64,000 nt of DNA from contig CP000071.1 in the NCBI GenBank assembly GCA_000002445.1, forward strand, positions 1,376,001 to 1,440,000. The letters are read 5' to 3'. This DNA comes from Trypanosoma brucei. Lineage: Eukaryota. Both the position numbers and the translations under genes were made by a program. Shown piece after piece: positions 23,400 to 34,800 of this stretch; the first letter of the stretch is position 1; each line of letters begins with the position of its first letter. The notes below the pieces were generated by a model, which was given only the letters and a program-made list of their open reading frames with translations, searched no databases and was not told the DNA's origin.

Positions 23400-26300
23400 G
23401 AGCAACCCTAACCACCCTTCCCACTCAAAACACCACTAACGGTCCCGTCCCGTTCGCGCACGGTGCGAAATAGGGTGGACGCCTCATCCCAGAACAATGT
23501 CGAGGAAAGCAAAACAACGTTGGAAACGCCGAGCTTACATCACCTATGAACACCGCCGCAGGATGGAACCCAACGAAGGAAAACAGCGACCCCCCATAAC
23601 GGCAGCAGACCCGCAATAGCCCAACAACTGCAAATCGTAAACACCGGCTGAATCAGGCACCGGACGCCTCTCCATCCGCCCCTTGGCGAAGGTATATCGT
23701 GGGGGGGCTACTGTGGCATGCCGCCGTGGCACACGAAGACCGATGAAACGGCAGAACGGTGGGGAGGATTGGGAGCAGCGTCGTCCCACCGACGCGGAAA
23801 AGAAAGGACCTTCGTCCTCTCTCTGAAGCGCTGAGGGCTACGGAAGAAACAAAATGGCCCTCAAGCGCGACCCGTAGTGCTCGCCAAAGGGGAAACGGAG
23901 AAGTAAAGGGGACCCCTCAACAGCCTACAAAGCGAAGCCCCATAGGGTTCCACCTCGTTGCCCCTATGGACAACGGGAAGGGAGAACCCGTGGACCGCGT
24001 CCACAGGAAAATTGGAGAGGGCAAAAGGGAAACAGCGCCACCGAACTCGAGACCGGAAACGCCATCCACTAGCAGCCGCCTTGGCCTAAAGTCTGGCCGC
24101 GCTGCCCCACACCGGAGGCACACGCAGACATACATTTTCAAAAGCGCCTGCTTTGACATACCTCTCCGAAACGAACGTGGAGAACCAGCACCATGCACGA
24201 TATCTACGGAGGGATTGAGTAAATCGGTGGGTACCCTGGTTCGAAAGGGGCTTTCATTTCACGTAGAGCAATCGGCAGACCAGCTCACGGCCGTCGCCCC
24301 ATAAGTAAGCGACCAGAGTTCGAGAAGCCCCGTCCCCGTTCACTCGGCGCCACTATGCCCTTATTGGCGGGAAAACGCCTGTGCTCCTTTACCGAAAGCC
24401 GGGGTGTGCAGCGGCAGCTGCAGCAGTCACTTTCGAGCTGCGGACTTGGTGAGAAAGGAAGAAAGCGAACTGCACCCAATGCGCGCTAGGATCGCTACGA
24501 ACAAGAGAATGCAAATGGGAGCATGCATCCCAGTAAGGCGAAATTGGGACAACCGGCTTGAAAGGGCACCTGGCCGGTTTGTGCCCACTTAGCCGGAAGA
24601 CGAACCATAATTTAAAATTTGCGCATTGAGAGCTAAAAGAAGGAGGGGAGCACCGACAAAAAACTGTCCAGGGTCAGCCGCAAAACACGCCTACCTTCGA
24701 CAGCCCAACGCAAAATAAACAAGGAAAAAAAAACCGTCTTCGACGGAACGTTGGAAGAGGATCGCCTTCCAGGAAAATTGACGTAAGTAGGGATTCCTCA
24801 AGAGGGCTGGAGAAAGTTCAGCGACGCCACTAGCTACGTAAGGTAGAAAGTGGGATCGTTTATCTACCCTCGACGGATGGGAAAATCAGACCAGTTTGCG
24901 CCGCTTACCACGCCCGCACCCACAGGAGACGGAGGGCCCCCTCCTATGGCCATATTGCCATGTGTTAACCGTGGAAGGGGCGGCGACGTTCTGGCACGGT
25001 GGAACTCCTGTTTCGTATACTGGTGAAGCGTTCCGTGCGAGGAAGCACCCCGCACACGTGTTCACACCGCCAGCAGACGCGTCTGCGCGAACCACCATCT
25101 GTAACGGGGAAAAAATGCAACACCGCCCGCTAGCAGCGTGCCCCACAGTGGTTGGTGGACCTCTGCTCCCGTCTTGAGTGACCACTGAAAAACCATGGAG
25201 GCGGCGTGTCCGCTGGTCCGCCACGATGGGAAAACCACATCACCACGGGCGACAGCGAGGCCGCAACCACCGGCCGCCCGGATACGAGGGAAAAGTTGTC
25301 TACACCGGCACTACGCCGCTGCAGAGGCAATCGCGCCACCGAGTGCGGGGTGGTTCCGTTGAGCGACAGCCCCTATACATCGCCCTTTGGAATTGGAAGC
25401 CTCCCGGCCCCCCCCCCCCCACACACACGCACACGATATCGGCAGGTACTGCGCCAACGCACGAAAGCGCGGACGTTCCGTCTACAAAATGCACCTCGGA
25501 CGCACGACCAACGACAGGAACCCTGGTGGCTGAACTCCGGGGCCTCCTCCATACATAATGCCCCGGGGGGAATCAAAATGACAGCGAGGTGCGGCGGTTG
25601 GAACCGGTTGTACACAAGCGGCCGGAGAGGCCGACATATTCTGATTAATGGAAAACGATGCCTTAAGAAAAGAAGCACAAGCCACCGACAGTGCCACGGT
25701 TCTCCACCTTGTAGACGAAGACGCAGCCGTGGAGCAAGGAGGGAAGGAAGGAAGGCGGAAACGACAGCTGTACACCGAGTAAAAGGAACGCCGTGCAGCC
25801 CCACACTTGAAAGCATAAGGATATTGGAATGGCCGGCTCTCTTGGAGCCTGGCACTCGCGGTGTCGGGAGAGCTCTTTAAAGCAGTATAATCTGATAAGC
25901 CCTGATTTCACAGCGGCATCACAACAAACAAACGAACAGAAGGGGAAAAACAGGCACAACCCTCGAGTAAGCAAAGACTTTTCAGGGAACTACCAAACGG
26001 GTTTCTATAGAAAAATTCAACGAATCCTTGTGACGGTCACGGCACGATCGCAACGATATGCTGGTGCGCTAAACTGGTTTTGGCGAATCCCACTCCCCCT
26101 CATCACTCTCGCGTGGATCCAGTTTTCCTTAGATTTAGGTAACGGCATGTATAAGCAAGGCGTGTGGCGGGTTTGGTTATTAATTATTACTTAGTGCGAG
26201 AGCAGGGATCGGACATGGCTAGTTTTCTTGAAGTCGGCACCCGCTGGGGTGGAGAACAAACAGACTGAGCGAAACGGACGCCACAAGATTAGTCTGCGAT

Positions 26301-27300
26301 TAAAACACTTTGCGGAGAAACCGGGGATTAACGGTCCCCTAGCCACTGGTGAACGAGAACCCAAAAAGAAAAAAGATGAAATGATGCAGCATACCACACG
26401 AGGAAAGTGGAAGTGCGGACGAGCCCCCAAGTTCGGCAATGAACTGATTGCGTTTTCCCCTTCATCAAGCAGGAGAAATCCATCACCATCGAGTTAGCTC
26501 CCGTGTAAAGGAGGAACGCAGCGATGCATGGCAGTTAGCCGGACGCCGCAAATGGAAGACAGTGCACCCTGAGGGGCACAGAGATAAATGGGCATTGGAT
26601 ACTCCCAACCCCTAACAGTAGACACTGCCGGGCCCCCCTCCTCTTTCTCGTGCGCGCGCACCGTCGCACATGTGGCAGCACTAACGATTCAGCGGAGCAC
26701 GCAATTCCTGGGGGGCTCAACGCCCCCCCCCTCGCAATCACACACACACGCACACCACCGAAAAAAACACTCCCACGTCCGGAGTGAAATCGCCTGTTGG
26801 GCCTCCGCCACACTCCCGAGCCATTCCAACCTGCAGCGGCTTCGAGACCCGACAACGGCAGTAAATCGTCATAGCAAGCGCTGCAAGGGTGAAATGGTCG
26901 TCAGGAGGATGCCCTCTGACGGCGCCGGCAGCCACGCCACAGTGTCAGAGAACCGTGCTCCGTCCAAAAGGAAGTTGAGAGGCGGTTTCCTGTTCGCGTC
27001 ATCGAAATGGAGAGAGCACTTGACATGTAACAACCAAAACGGCGATACGGAGGATCACTGGGGCTTGGGGGAGGGGGAAGTGCGCTTCCACAGCTGGGAA
27101 CGCATACTCGCCCTCAGTGTTTGCCCACTGTTCTTACTGCCAGATGGTCGAGACAGTGGGGTGACAGCACTATGCGGCCATACTGAAGGGCATGAGGGGA
27201 AGGAAAGAACTGCTGTTGGGATTATGCTGAGAACAGTGGTAAAAATGGGAGATGAGAGCGAGTTAACGAAAGGAGGGAGCCGTGGCAACTAACACAGTGC
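23400..27300. other. roughly 4-kb GC-rich island without a credible ORF, possibly a degenerate retroelement or other non-coding insert, nature unresolved
   Basis: There is a sharp rise in G+C with C-runs (25410-25421, 26680-26700). Only short overlapping ORFs occur in all six frames, with stop-free stretches in shifting plus-strand frames, and there is no intact protein. The flanks are ordinary coding or AT-rich DNA. Confidence 0.4.
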
Positions 27301-27584
27301 AGGGGAAAACGCATATCACCAGCAATCCCTTCCTTAGCTTTTGCGGGAGCATTTCATACATGCACGTAACGCATGCTTACACAGCGGTTACGGAGCAACA
27401 CCCACATCTTGACGAAGCAACGACAGAAAGAAACTGATCTCACATTCTCCACAAATTACTACCAACTGGGGTTCAAGCGCGCAACAACCCCCTAAAGTTG
27501 GTTTGTATTGCAAATGTCACGCGCGAAAGAAAGAAACAGCGAGAAAACGAGATGGCAATCCGCCAAGCAGCATGCCTGCGCCGC

Positions 27585-28232
27585 CTAACAGCACACCGCG
27601 CCGCTTGTGGGGTCACTTGTTTTACTGAGATTAACACCCGAGTAGCGGCTTTCGCTTTTTGACATCATTTTTTCGTACGCTGATCGCGCCACCTCATCAA
27701 AGGCCTGCTCCACCCCCACACGCGTCTTTGCTGACGTAAAAGCGAGGAGCATATGCCGATCCCGCGCCAACTGCTGAGCATCTTCCTTCGGAACCGCCAT
27801 GCCCGTAGCACCACCTCCCACCTCACACTTATCGATCTTATTTCCCACGAGCAAATACACCACCGCCTCCTCCACCCCATCCAAACGACAGAAAGCATCT
27901 GCTTCATCGATCCACTTTCTCAGTGCATGGAACGTCTGTGGTTCATTGACATCGTACACCAACACCACTGCATGCGCTCCCCGGTAGTAGGAGCTGGTGA
28001 GCGTCCGGAACCGCTCTTGACCCGCTGTGTCCCACAAGTGCAGTTTGAGTTTCTTCTGCCTCCCCATCGAATCCACCACACTCACATCCTTTGTCCTGAA
28101 ATCAATACCTATGGTTGAGCGGACGTCGCCATCAAATGTGCCCAACGAGAACGAGAGAAGCAGTGAAGACTTCCCCACGCCACTTTCACCAAGCAATACG
28201 ATCTTGACAGGACTGTTGTCACCTTGCGCCAT
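27585..28232 (-). CDS. RAB18: Rab-family small GTPase, Rab18-like (215 aa)
   Basis: I trimmed the ORF to the ATG at 28232..28230 (MAQGDNSPVKIVLLGESGVGKSSLLLSF). The G-box motifs are present: GESGVGKS, WDTAGQERF, GNKID and SAK. RFRTLTSSYYRGAHAVVLVYDV closely resembles the Rab18 switch II region. The protein ends in a CC prenylation motif. Confidence 0.8.
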   Translation of the reverse strand: MAQGDNSPVKIVLLGESGVGKSSLLLSFSLGTFDGDVRSTIGIDFRTKDVSVVDSMGRQKKLKLHLWDTAGQERFRTLTSSYYRGAHAVVLVYDVNEPQTFHALRKWIDEADAFCRLDGVEEAVVYLLVGNKIDKCEVGGGATGMAVPKEDAQQLARDRHMLLAFTSAKTRVGVEQAFDEVARSAYEKMMSKSESRYSGVNLSKTSDPTSGAVCC

Positions 28233-28851
28233 TACTGCAGTAGAAGAAATATTAAATGCCTTTACGAACCCTTTGGAGTTACTAAACACTGGTACGCATG
28301 TGAGTGATGGACAGAGAGCCCCCCACCACAGATTAGAATGAAGGAAGGACAAAAACAGAAGGGCATGAATATATGATGTTCTCCCCCCATCCCCCTGCGC
28401 GTCGGAACCCGGGTGTTTAAATGAAAGAACGGACGGGGCAAACGAGTATCTCCTCTTCCCCCACCCTTGACCTCAGCAGGAACAAAAACAAAAAATAAGA
28501 ACAAAATGGAAACACCTGATTCAGTAAGAAGGAGCTCTGCGCTCTTCAATTCTGACGAAACATTTTCAAGAAACACCGCGTCAGGAATATTACATCGGTG
28601 CACGAAGTTTCATCATATGATGAAACGCGAGGCAAACAAGAGAGAAGGTAATAAGCACCCATTCCGCCACTTTCAATAATAATAACATGACATGAAAGCA
28701 TGGCCATTTACATCTAAAAAAATTAAAAAGGGAGAAATCAAAGGAAAAGATGAGACGGTGAAAAGAGGCGGGGGCGTGGACAGTCACCGGCCACCTCCTA
28801 TTCACTAAACCTAAAACCTCTCATACAACAATGGCGGTCGAAACACTGAGC

Positions 28852-31800
28852 TTAATGTGTCTTCCTTGAAGATTCAGCAGGCGCGGGCTCACCTGCCAAA
28901 CCATTTTTTCCATCTACCCCGTTCAATTTGGACGTCGATTTGGTACCCCTCACATCGGCTATTCGGCCCCGACGATACTGCGCCGACGGACCGCGAACAA
29001 GGTCGGACAATGGCAAGGGCCGCGTCGGAACCCATGAGGCTCCATTGCTGTTATGAACCACGTCCTGCGTAGCATTATCGCGTGTCTTCTTCAATAAATC
29101 ATGTTCAACAGCGGTGTCAGCCCTGTTTTTCTCAAGAGTGGCGCGAAAGCATCGGAGGTCGCGTTCATATTTCAGCAAAAAAGTTCCGATGGAGTCAAGG
29201 ACGTACCCCTTATATCTACCGGTTTTCAGAGGTTCATCATAGTCCTCTTCCTTCTCCTCATCGGCACTTTCATCACCACCGGCTTCCTCCCCCGCACCTC
29301 CAAGCCCTGCCTCCAAGTCGCTGCCTTCACCAGTGCGCATGGCCTCCTCATGCTGCTCAAACCGCAGCAAGTCCTGTAGCGAGGGGGTCTGATCCCGCTG
29401 CTTCGAAAGCACCTTTCTAGATGCCCTCTGAAGATTTTTTAGATGAACCATAAAATCATCGATCAATTGATGTCGAGCATCATCCTCCTCCTTTTCCAAT
29501 TCTACAAAAACCTTGTGGGACACCTTCTGGACTTTTTGGGTCAAAAAGTCTTTGAGCTCAAACAACGCTTGCAGATCGCTCTTTTCCTCATTGACGATTG
29601 CTAAGCGGCTGTTGTGCTCCACACCGTATATGTCCTCCATGGCATTCTTATGTTCATGTGCCCTTCGATTTAAAAAGCGGTTAGCCAAACGTCTCCGCGC
29701 CCTATAAGCAAATATGACACTTTTGATTAAGGAGGTAGCTTCCTGCTTTTGCACCTCTTTTTTCGCCACTTGCTCATCCTTTTCGCGTTGTTCTTGGGCG
29801 GTTAGTGCATCACGTGCTGAGGTCTCACGTGCACAATTAATGGCTTTCACGGACTTCCGTTCTTCGGCTTCGATGGCATGACGCTTTTCTGTTTCTTTTT
29901 TCGAAAGAGCCACAACACACTCTATTAACCTTAGTGACAACATTTGTGCCTGCCTAAGGTCCTCTATCTCCTCCTTTTCGCCGGCCTCCACCTCACGACG
30001 AGCACCCGGCTCCTCCTCTCCAACCAAACGTTTCACCTTCTCAGCTGCTCTCCTTCTATTTTCCATCGTTTTCTCCTCATCCTCACACGTTAGCATTATG
30101 TGATCCCTGTCGTGTCTCTCGTCCTCTTCATGGAGAGATCGTGAGCGATTTTCTAATACCAGTAGTTCCTCCAATTCAGCATCGAACTCTTCCATACGTC
30201 GACGGCGTAGTGCCAACAATTCATCTCCTTCTGGCCGATCTCCCTTTTCGGCGCTTCCTTCAGCGTCACGCTCCGATGCACATAGAGCGTCCGCTTCACG
30301 GTGGTCAGTGAGACCGCTTATACTACCATCGTTAACGATAGCACCTTCACCTTCTACAACATCAGTAACGCCACCATCGCCTTCGGCGTCCTCAGCATCA
30401 GCCGCACATATTGACCCACTTTTTCCATCATCACAGACACCCCCAGCCACGGCCACCGAGCTTGTCTCGTCTCCAACAACTTCAGCACCAGCAGCCGTCT
30501 TTAAGTTATCGCTCTCTTCACCAACTCCAGCATCAATGGAAGGAGCCAGAGCACCTTCGGAAGCATCATCGTGATCCCCCTTTACTCCAACAGCAGCGTC
30601 GTCAACTACAGTTTCCGCATCACCAACAAGCGCCTCCTCCTCACCGTCTACGGCGGCACCTCCATCGGAGAAAAAGTGTGTTTTCCTTCTTTTCTGGCCT
30701 CTCATTTTGTGCAACTTTCTCCGCGAGCACGCATCGAAGCTCACCACCTCTGTTTCCTTAAAACACTCCATGGCACTTTCGTTGGGCATCAGCATCAAAG
30801 AAGATAAATGTTGATTTTGATCGGCATCCACAATACTCAACCTACTCTTTCGCGGCGACACGTTAAAAGACTTTCTAGAGCCAGTGCCAACCAAATTAGA
30901 AGCTCCCTCGGCAGCATTACCACCGGAAGGCGTCATAAGAATAACAAAAGACATAGCCCTCTTTCTTCCATCACCCCGAGCGTCGCAACAAGAAAGATAT
31001 TCACCACGCCTATTCATTTCCTCCTCCAACTCACGCAGCGCGTCGGCGTTCTTGACGGGATCACGCATCAGTTCGTCATACCGAGCGCACTGCTGTTGGA
31101 AAGCCGGGTCACGAAGCAACATAGTCAAATCATTAAGACCATCAAGAGAAGAAAGGAATGGATACTTCAAAAGCAACGCACACCTAATCGACTCATTAAG
31201 CGCCAGCTCATCAGCACGAGCACGCAACGCCTCCTCCAACTCTGTCAGTCGCTCCGCATTTGCCTCGGCGTCCTCAAGCGCGGAGAGGTGCTCATTAAAC
31301 AATTTCTGATACCCATCATCTTTGGAAAGCGGTATGTCACTGAGGAGCACGCACTTACGATCTTCGTACAAAAGGAAGGGATTGCACGCACGCACATACT
31401 CATTGGCGTCTTCACTCTCCTTCTCAGCCAGTCTTGCAAGACGAGCAAGGTCCTTAACCCGCTGCAACATCTCTTTTTCAATCGCTACTGCGCCTTTGGC
31501 ACCACCAGCAAGTTTTGCCTGTCGAGCACGACGACGACACAGTTGAGAAAACATTGCATCATCATTGATTGGAAGCTCACCAAGAGGAATACCCATTACT
31601 CGTTTCGGAAGGAAGGGATACTGTTTATGGACCGCATCCGTTTTCGTAGCATTCTCCTCGGCCAATTGCGTCACGAGCGCCTTCATTTTCTCCTCCATAG
31701 CAGCAATTGTCTCGGAATTGCCTTCCCAATCGAGGCGTAGCTCGTCCAGCTCATTCGACAGGTCACGGAACTCCTGTTGCTGAGCAGGTCGCACATCTGC

Positions 31801-34800
31801 GAGACACACACCACGCACAGGCTCTTCGGGCAAGAACGGGTAACGCTCACGGAGGTCCTCAGCACGGACTGCGGCACGGAGCCTAGAGGAACGGAGGTCA
31901 CTCACGATTTTGTCAGCAGCGTCACGCAATAATTTCTCCTGCTGAGCCCGGGCCGTCGGATCCATATTAGATGCATCCTGCGTGTAGCGAGATGCTAGCT
32001 CCGCAAATGTGGGATCTGACATGAGATGCAACTCGCCCAGCGGGATCCCTTTCAAGGTGCGTCCCAGAAACGGGTAAGCTGCTGCAAGGGACTCCTCTTC
32101 GGCCTTGCGTTCTTCAACAATCGCCCTCACTCGCTTGGCCAGTCCAGCCTCAGCCTCTCGAATAACCTCTGCATTTACTTCGTTAGGTCCCTTCGCTTTC
32201 TCTTCATCGCGTCTCTTCATGAGTTCACAGAATTCGTCGTCATCCTCCAACGTCAAGTCCCGCGGAACCTCAGCCAGCAGCGAAGGGTCAACAAAGGAGT
32301 ACAGTGAAGCATCGCGTGCAGCTGCTCGCTGCTCTGCTGATTGGAGCTTCAGAACGTCTCCTGCAATTTGGCCTGCTCGTCGGCAGAGTTGCTCATATAT
32401 TTGCTTCTCGAGGGGTGATTCGGGCTTTCTACCATCGGGAACAAGTTCGTTGTACCGCGCCAGCAACTCCTGGAAGTACGGGTCATCCTCAAGGTACAAC
32501 TCAGCCTGCGACACACCCAAAAACGTCTCCGGAAGAAAAGGGTACACAACAGCAGCAACGCTCCCCCTAGCGCCAGGGAGTCCACCAGCAAAACTTTCAC
32601 CATCAGAACTAGTCCTTGCACCCTTTGCTGCACTTGTTCCATCTAACGCACCTGCACCTCCCACACTGCCAGACGCGGTCGGGTCACCACCAGCTGCACT
32701 CTTCATGCTCAAGCTCATCTCACGTTCAAGCTGGCGCAGCGCGTCGGCGTTCTTGACGGGATCACGCATCAGTTCGTCATACCGAGCGCACTGCTGTTGG
32801 AACACCGGGTCATGTAATAGCTTCTCCGACAACTCGAGACCGTCTTGTGAGGCAAGGAATGGACATTTATTAAGCAACGCGCGCCTAACCGACTCATTAA
32901 GCGCCAGCTCATCAGCACGAGCACGCAACGCCTCCTCCAGCTCTGTCAGTCGCTCCGCATTTGCCTCAGCGTCCTCAAGCGCGGAGAGGTGCTCATTAAA
33001 CAATTTCTGATACCCATCATCTTTGGAAAGCGGTATGTCACTGAGGAGCACGCACTTACGATCTTCGTACAAAAGGAAGGGATTGCACGCACGCACATAC
33101 TCATTGGCGTCTTCACTCTCCTTCTCAGCCAGTCTTGCAAGACGAGCAAGGTCCTTAACCCGCTGCAACATCTCTTCCTCAGTCGCTACCGCATCTTTGC
33201 CACCGTCGCTGCTACTCTTCTGCTGCAACCAGCGCTGGCCCAACTGAGAAAACATTGCATCATCATTGATTGGAAGCTCACCAAGAGGAATACCCATTAC
33301 TCGTTTCGGAAGGAAGGGATACTGTTTATGGACCGCATCCGTTTTCGTAGCATTCTCCTCGGCCAATTGCGTCACGAGCGCCTTCATTTTCTCCTCCATA
33401 GCAGCAATCGCCTCTGCGTTGCCTGCCGGATCGCGGCGTAGCTCGTCCAGCTCATTCGACAGGTCACGGAACTCCTGTTGCTGAGCAGGTCGCACATCTG
33501 CGAGACACACACCACGCACAGGCTCTTCGGGCAAGAACGGGTAACGCTCACGGAGGTCCTCAGCACGGACTGCGGCACGGAGCCTAGAGGAACGGAGGTC
33601 ACTCACGATTTTGTCAGCAGCGTCACGCAATAATTTCTCCTGCTGAGCCCGGGCCGTCGGATCCATATTAGATGCATCCTGCGTGTAGCGAGATGCTAGC
33701 TCCGCAAATGTGGGATCTGACATGAGATGCAACTCGCCCAGCGGGATCCCTTTCAAGGTGCGTCCCAGAAACGGGTAAGCTGCTGCAAGGGACTCCTCTT
33801 CGGCCTTGCGTTCTTCAACAATCGCCCTCACTCGCTTGGCCAGTCCAGCCTCAGCCTCTCGAATAACCTCTGCATTTACTTCGTTAGGTCCCTTCGCTTT
33901 CTCTTCATCGCGTCTCTTCATGAGTTCACAGAATTCGTCGTCATCCTCCAACGTCAAGTCCCGCGGAACCTCAGCCAGCAGCGAAGGGTCAACAAAGGAG
34001 TACAGTGAAGCATCGCGTGCAGCTGCTCGCTGCTCTGCTGATTGGAGCTTCAGAACGTCTCCTGCAATTTGGCCTGCTCGTCGGCAGAGTTGCTCATATA
34101 TTTGCTTCTCGAGGGGTGATTCGGGCTTTCTACCATCGGGAACAAGTTCGTTGTACCGCGCCAGCAACTCCTGGAAGTACGGGTCATCCTCAAGGTACAA
34201 CTCAGCCTGCGACACACCCAAAAACGTCTCCGGAAGAAAAGGGTACACAACAGCAGCAACGCTCCCCCTAGCGCCAGGGAGTCCACCAGCAAAACTTTCA
34301 CCATCAGAACTAGTCCTTGCACCCTTTGCTGCACTTGTTCCATCTAATGCACCTGCACCTCCCACACTGCCAGACGCGGTCGGGTCACCACCAGCTGCAC
34401 TCTTCATGCTCAAGCTCATCTCACGTTCAAGCTGGCGCAGCGCGTCGGCGTTCTTGACGGGATCACGCATCAGTTCGTCATACCGAGCGCACTGCTGTTG
34501 GAACACCGGGTCATGTAATAGCTTCTCCGACAACTCGAGACCGTCTTGTGAGGCAAGGAATGGACATTTATTAAGCAACGCGCGCCTAACCGACTCATTA
34601 AGCGCCAGCTCATCAGCACGAGCACGCAACGCCTCCTCCAGCTCTGTCAGTCGCTCCGCATTTGCCTCAGCGTCCTCAAGCGCGGAGAGGTGCTCATTAA
34701 ACAATTTCTGATACCCATCATCTTTGGAAAGCGGTATGTCACTGAGGAGCACGCACTTACGATCTTCGTACAAAAGGAAGGGATTGCACGCACGCACATA

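Noticed and set aside
21215-23400. Possible additional genes between the zinc-ribbon ORF and the GC island (114-, 144- and 149-aa ORFs)
   Set aside because: They are short, scattered over both strands, and include homopolymer-derived segments. None has convincing protein-like composition.
24225-24270. A tRNA-like T-arm-like string (cctggttcgaaaggggc) inside the GC-rich island
   Set aside because: It does not match the GGTTCGAATCC consensus. No acceptor-stem or anticodon-arm pairing is evident around it by eye. It is most likely a chance match in GC-rich DNA.
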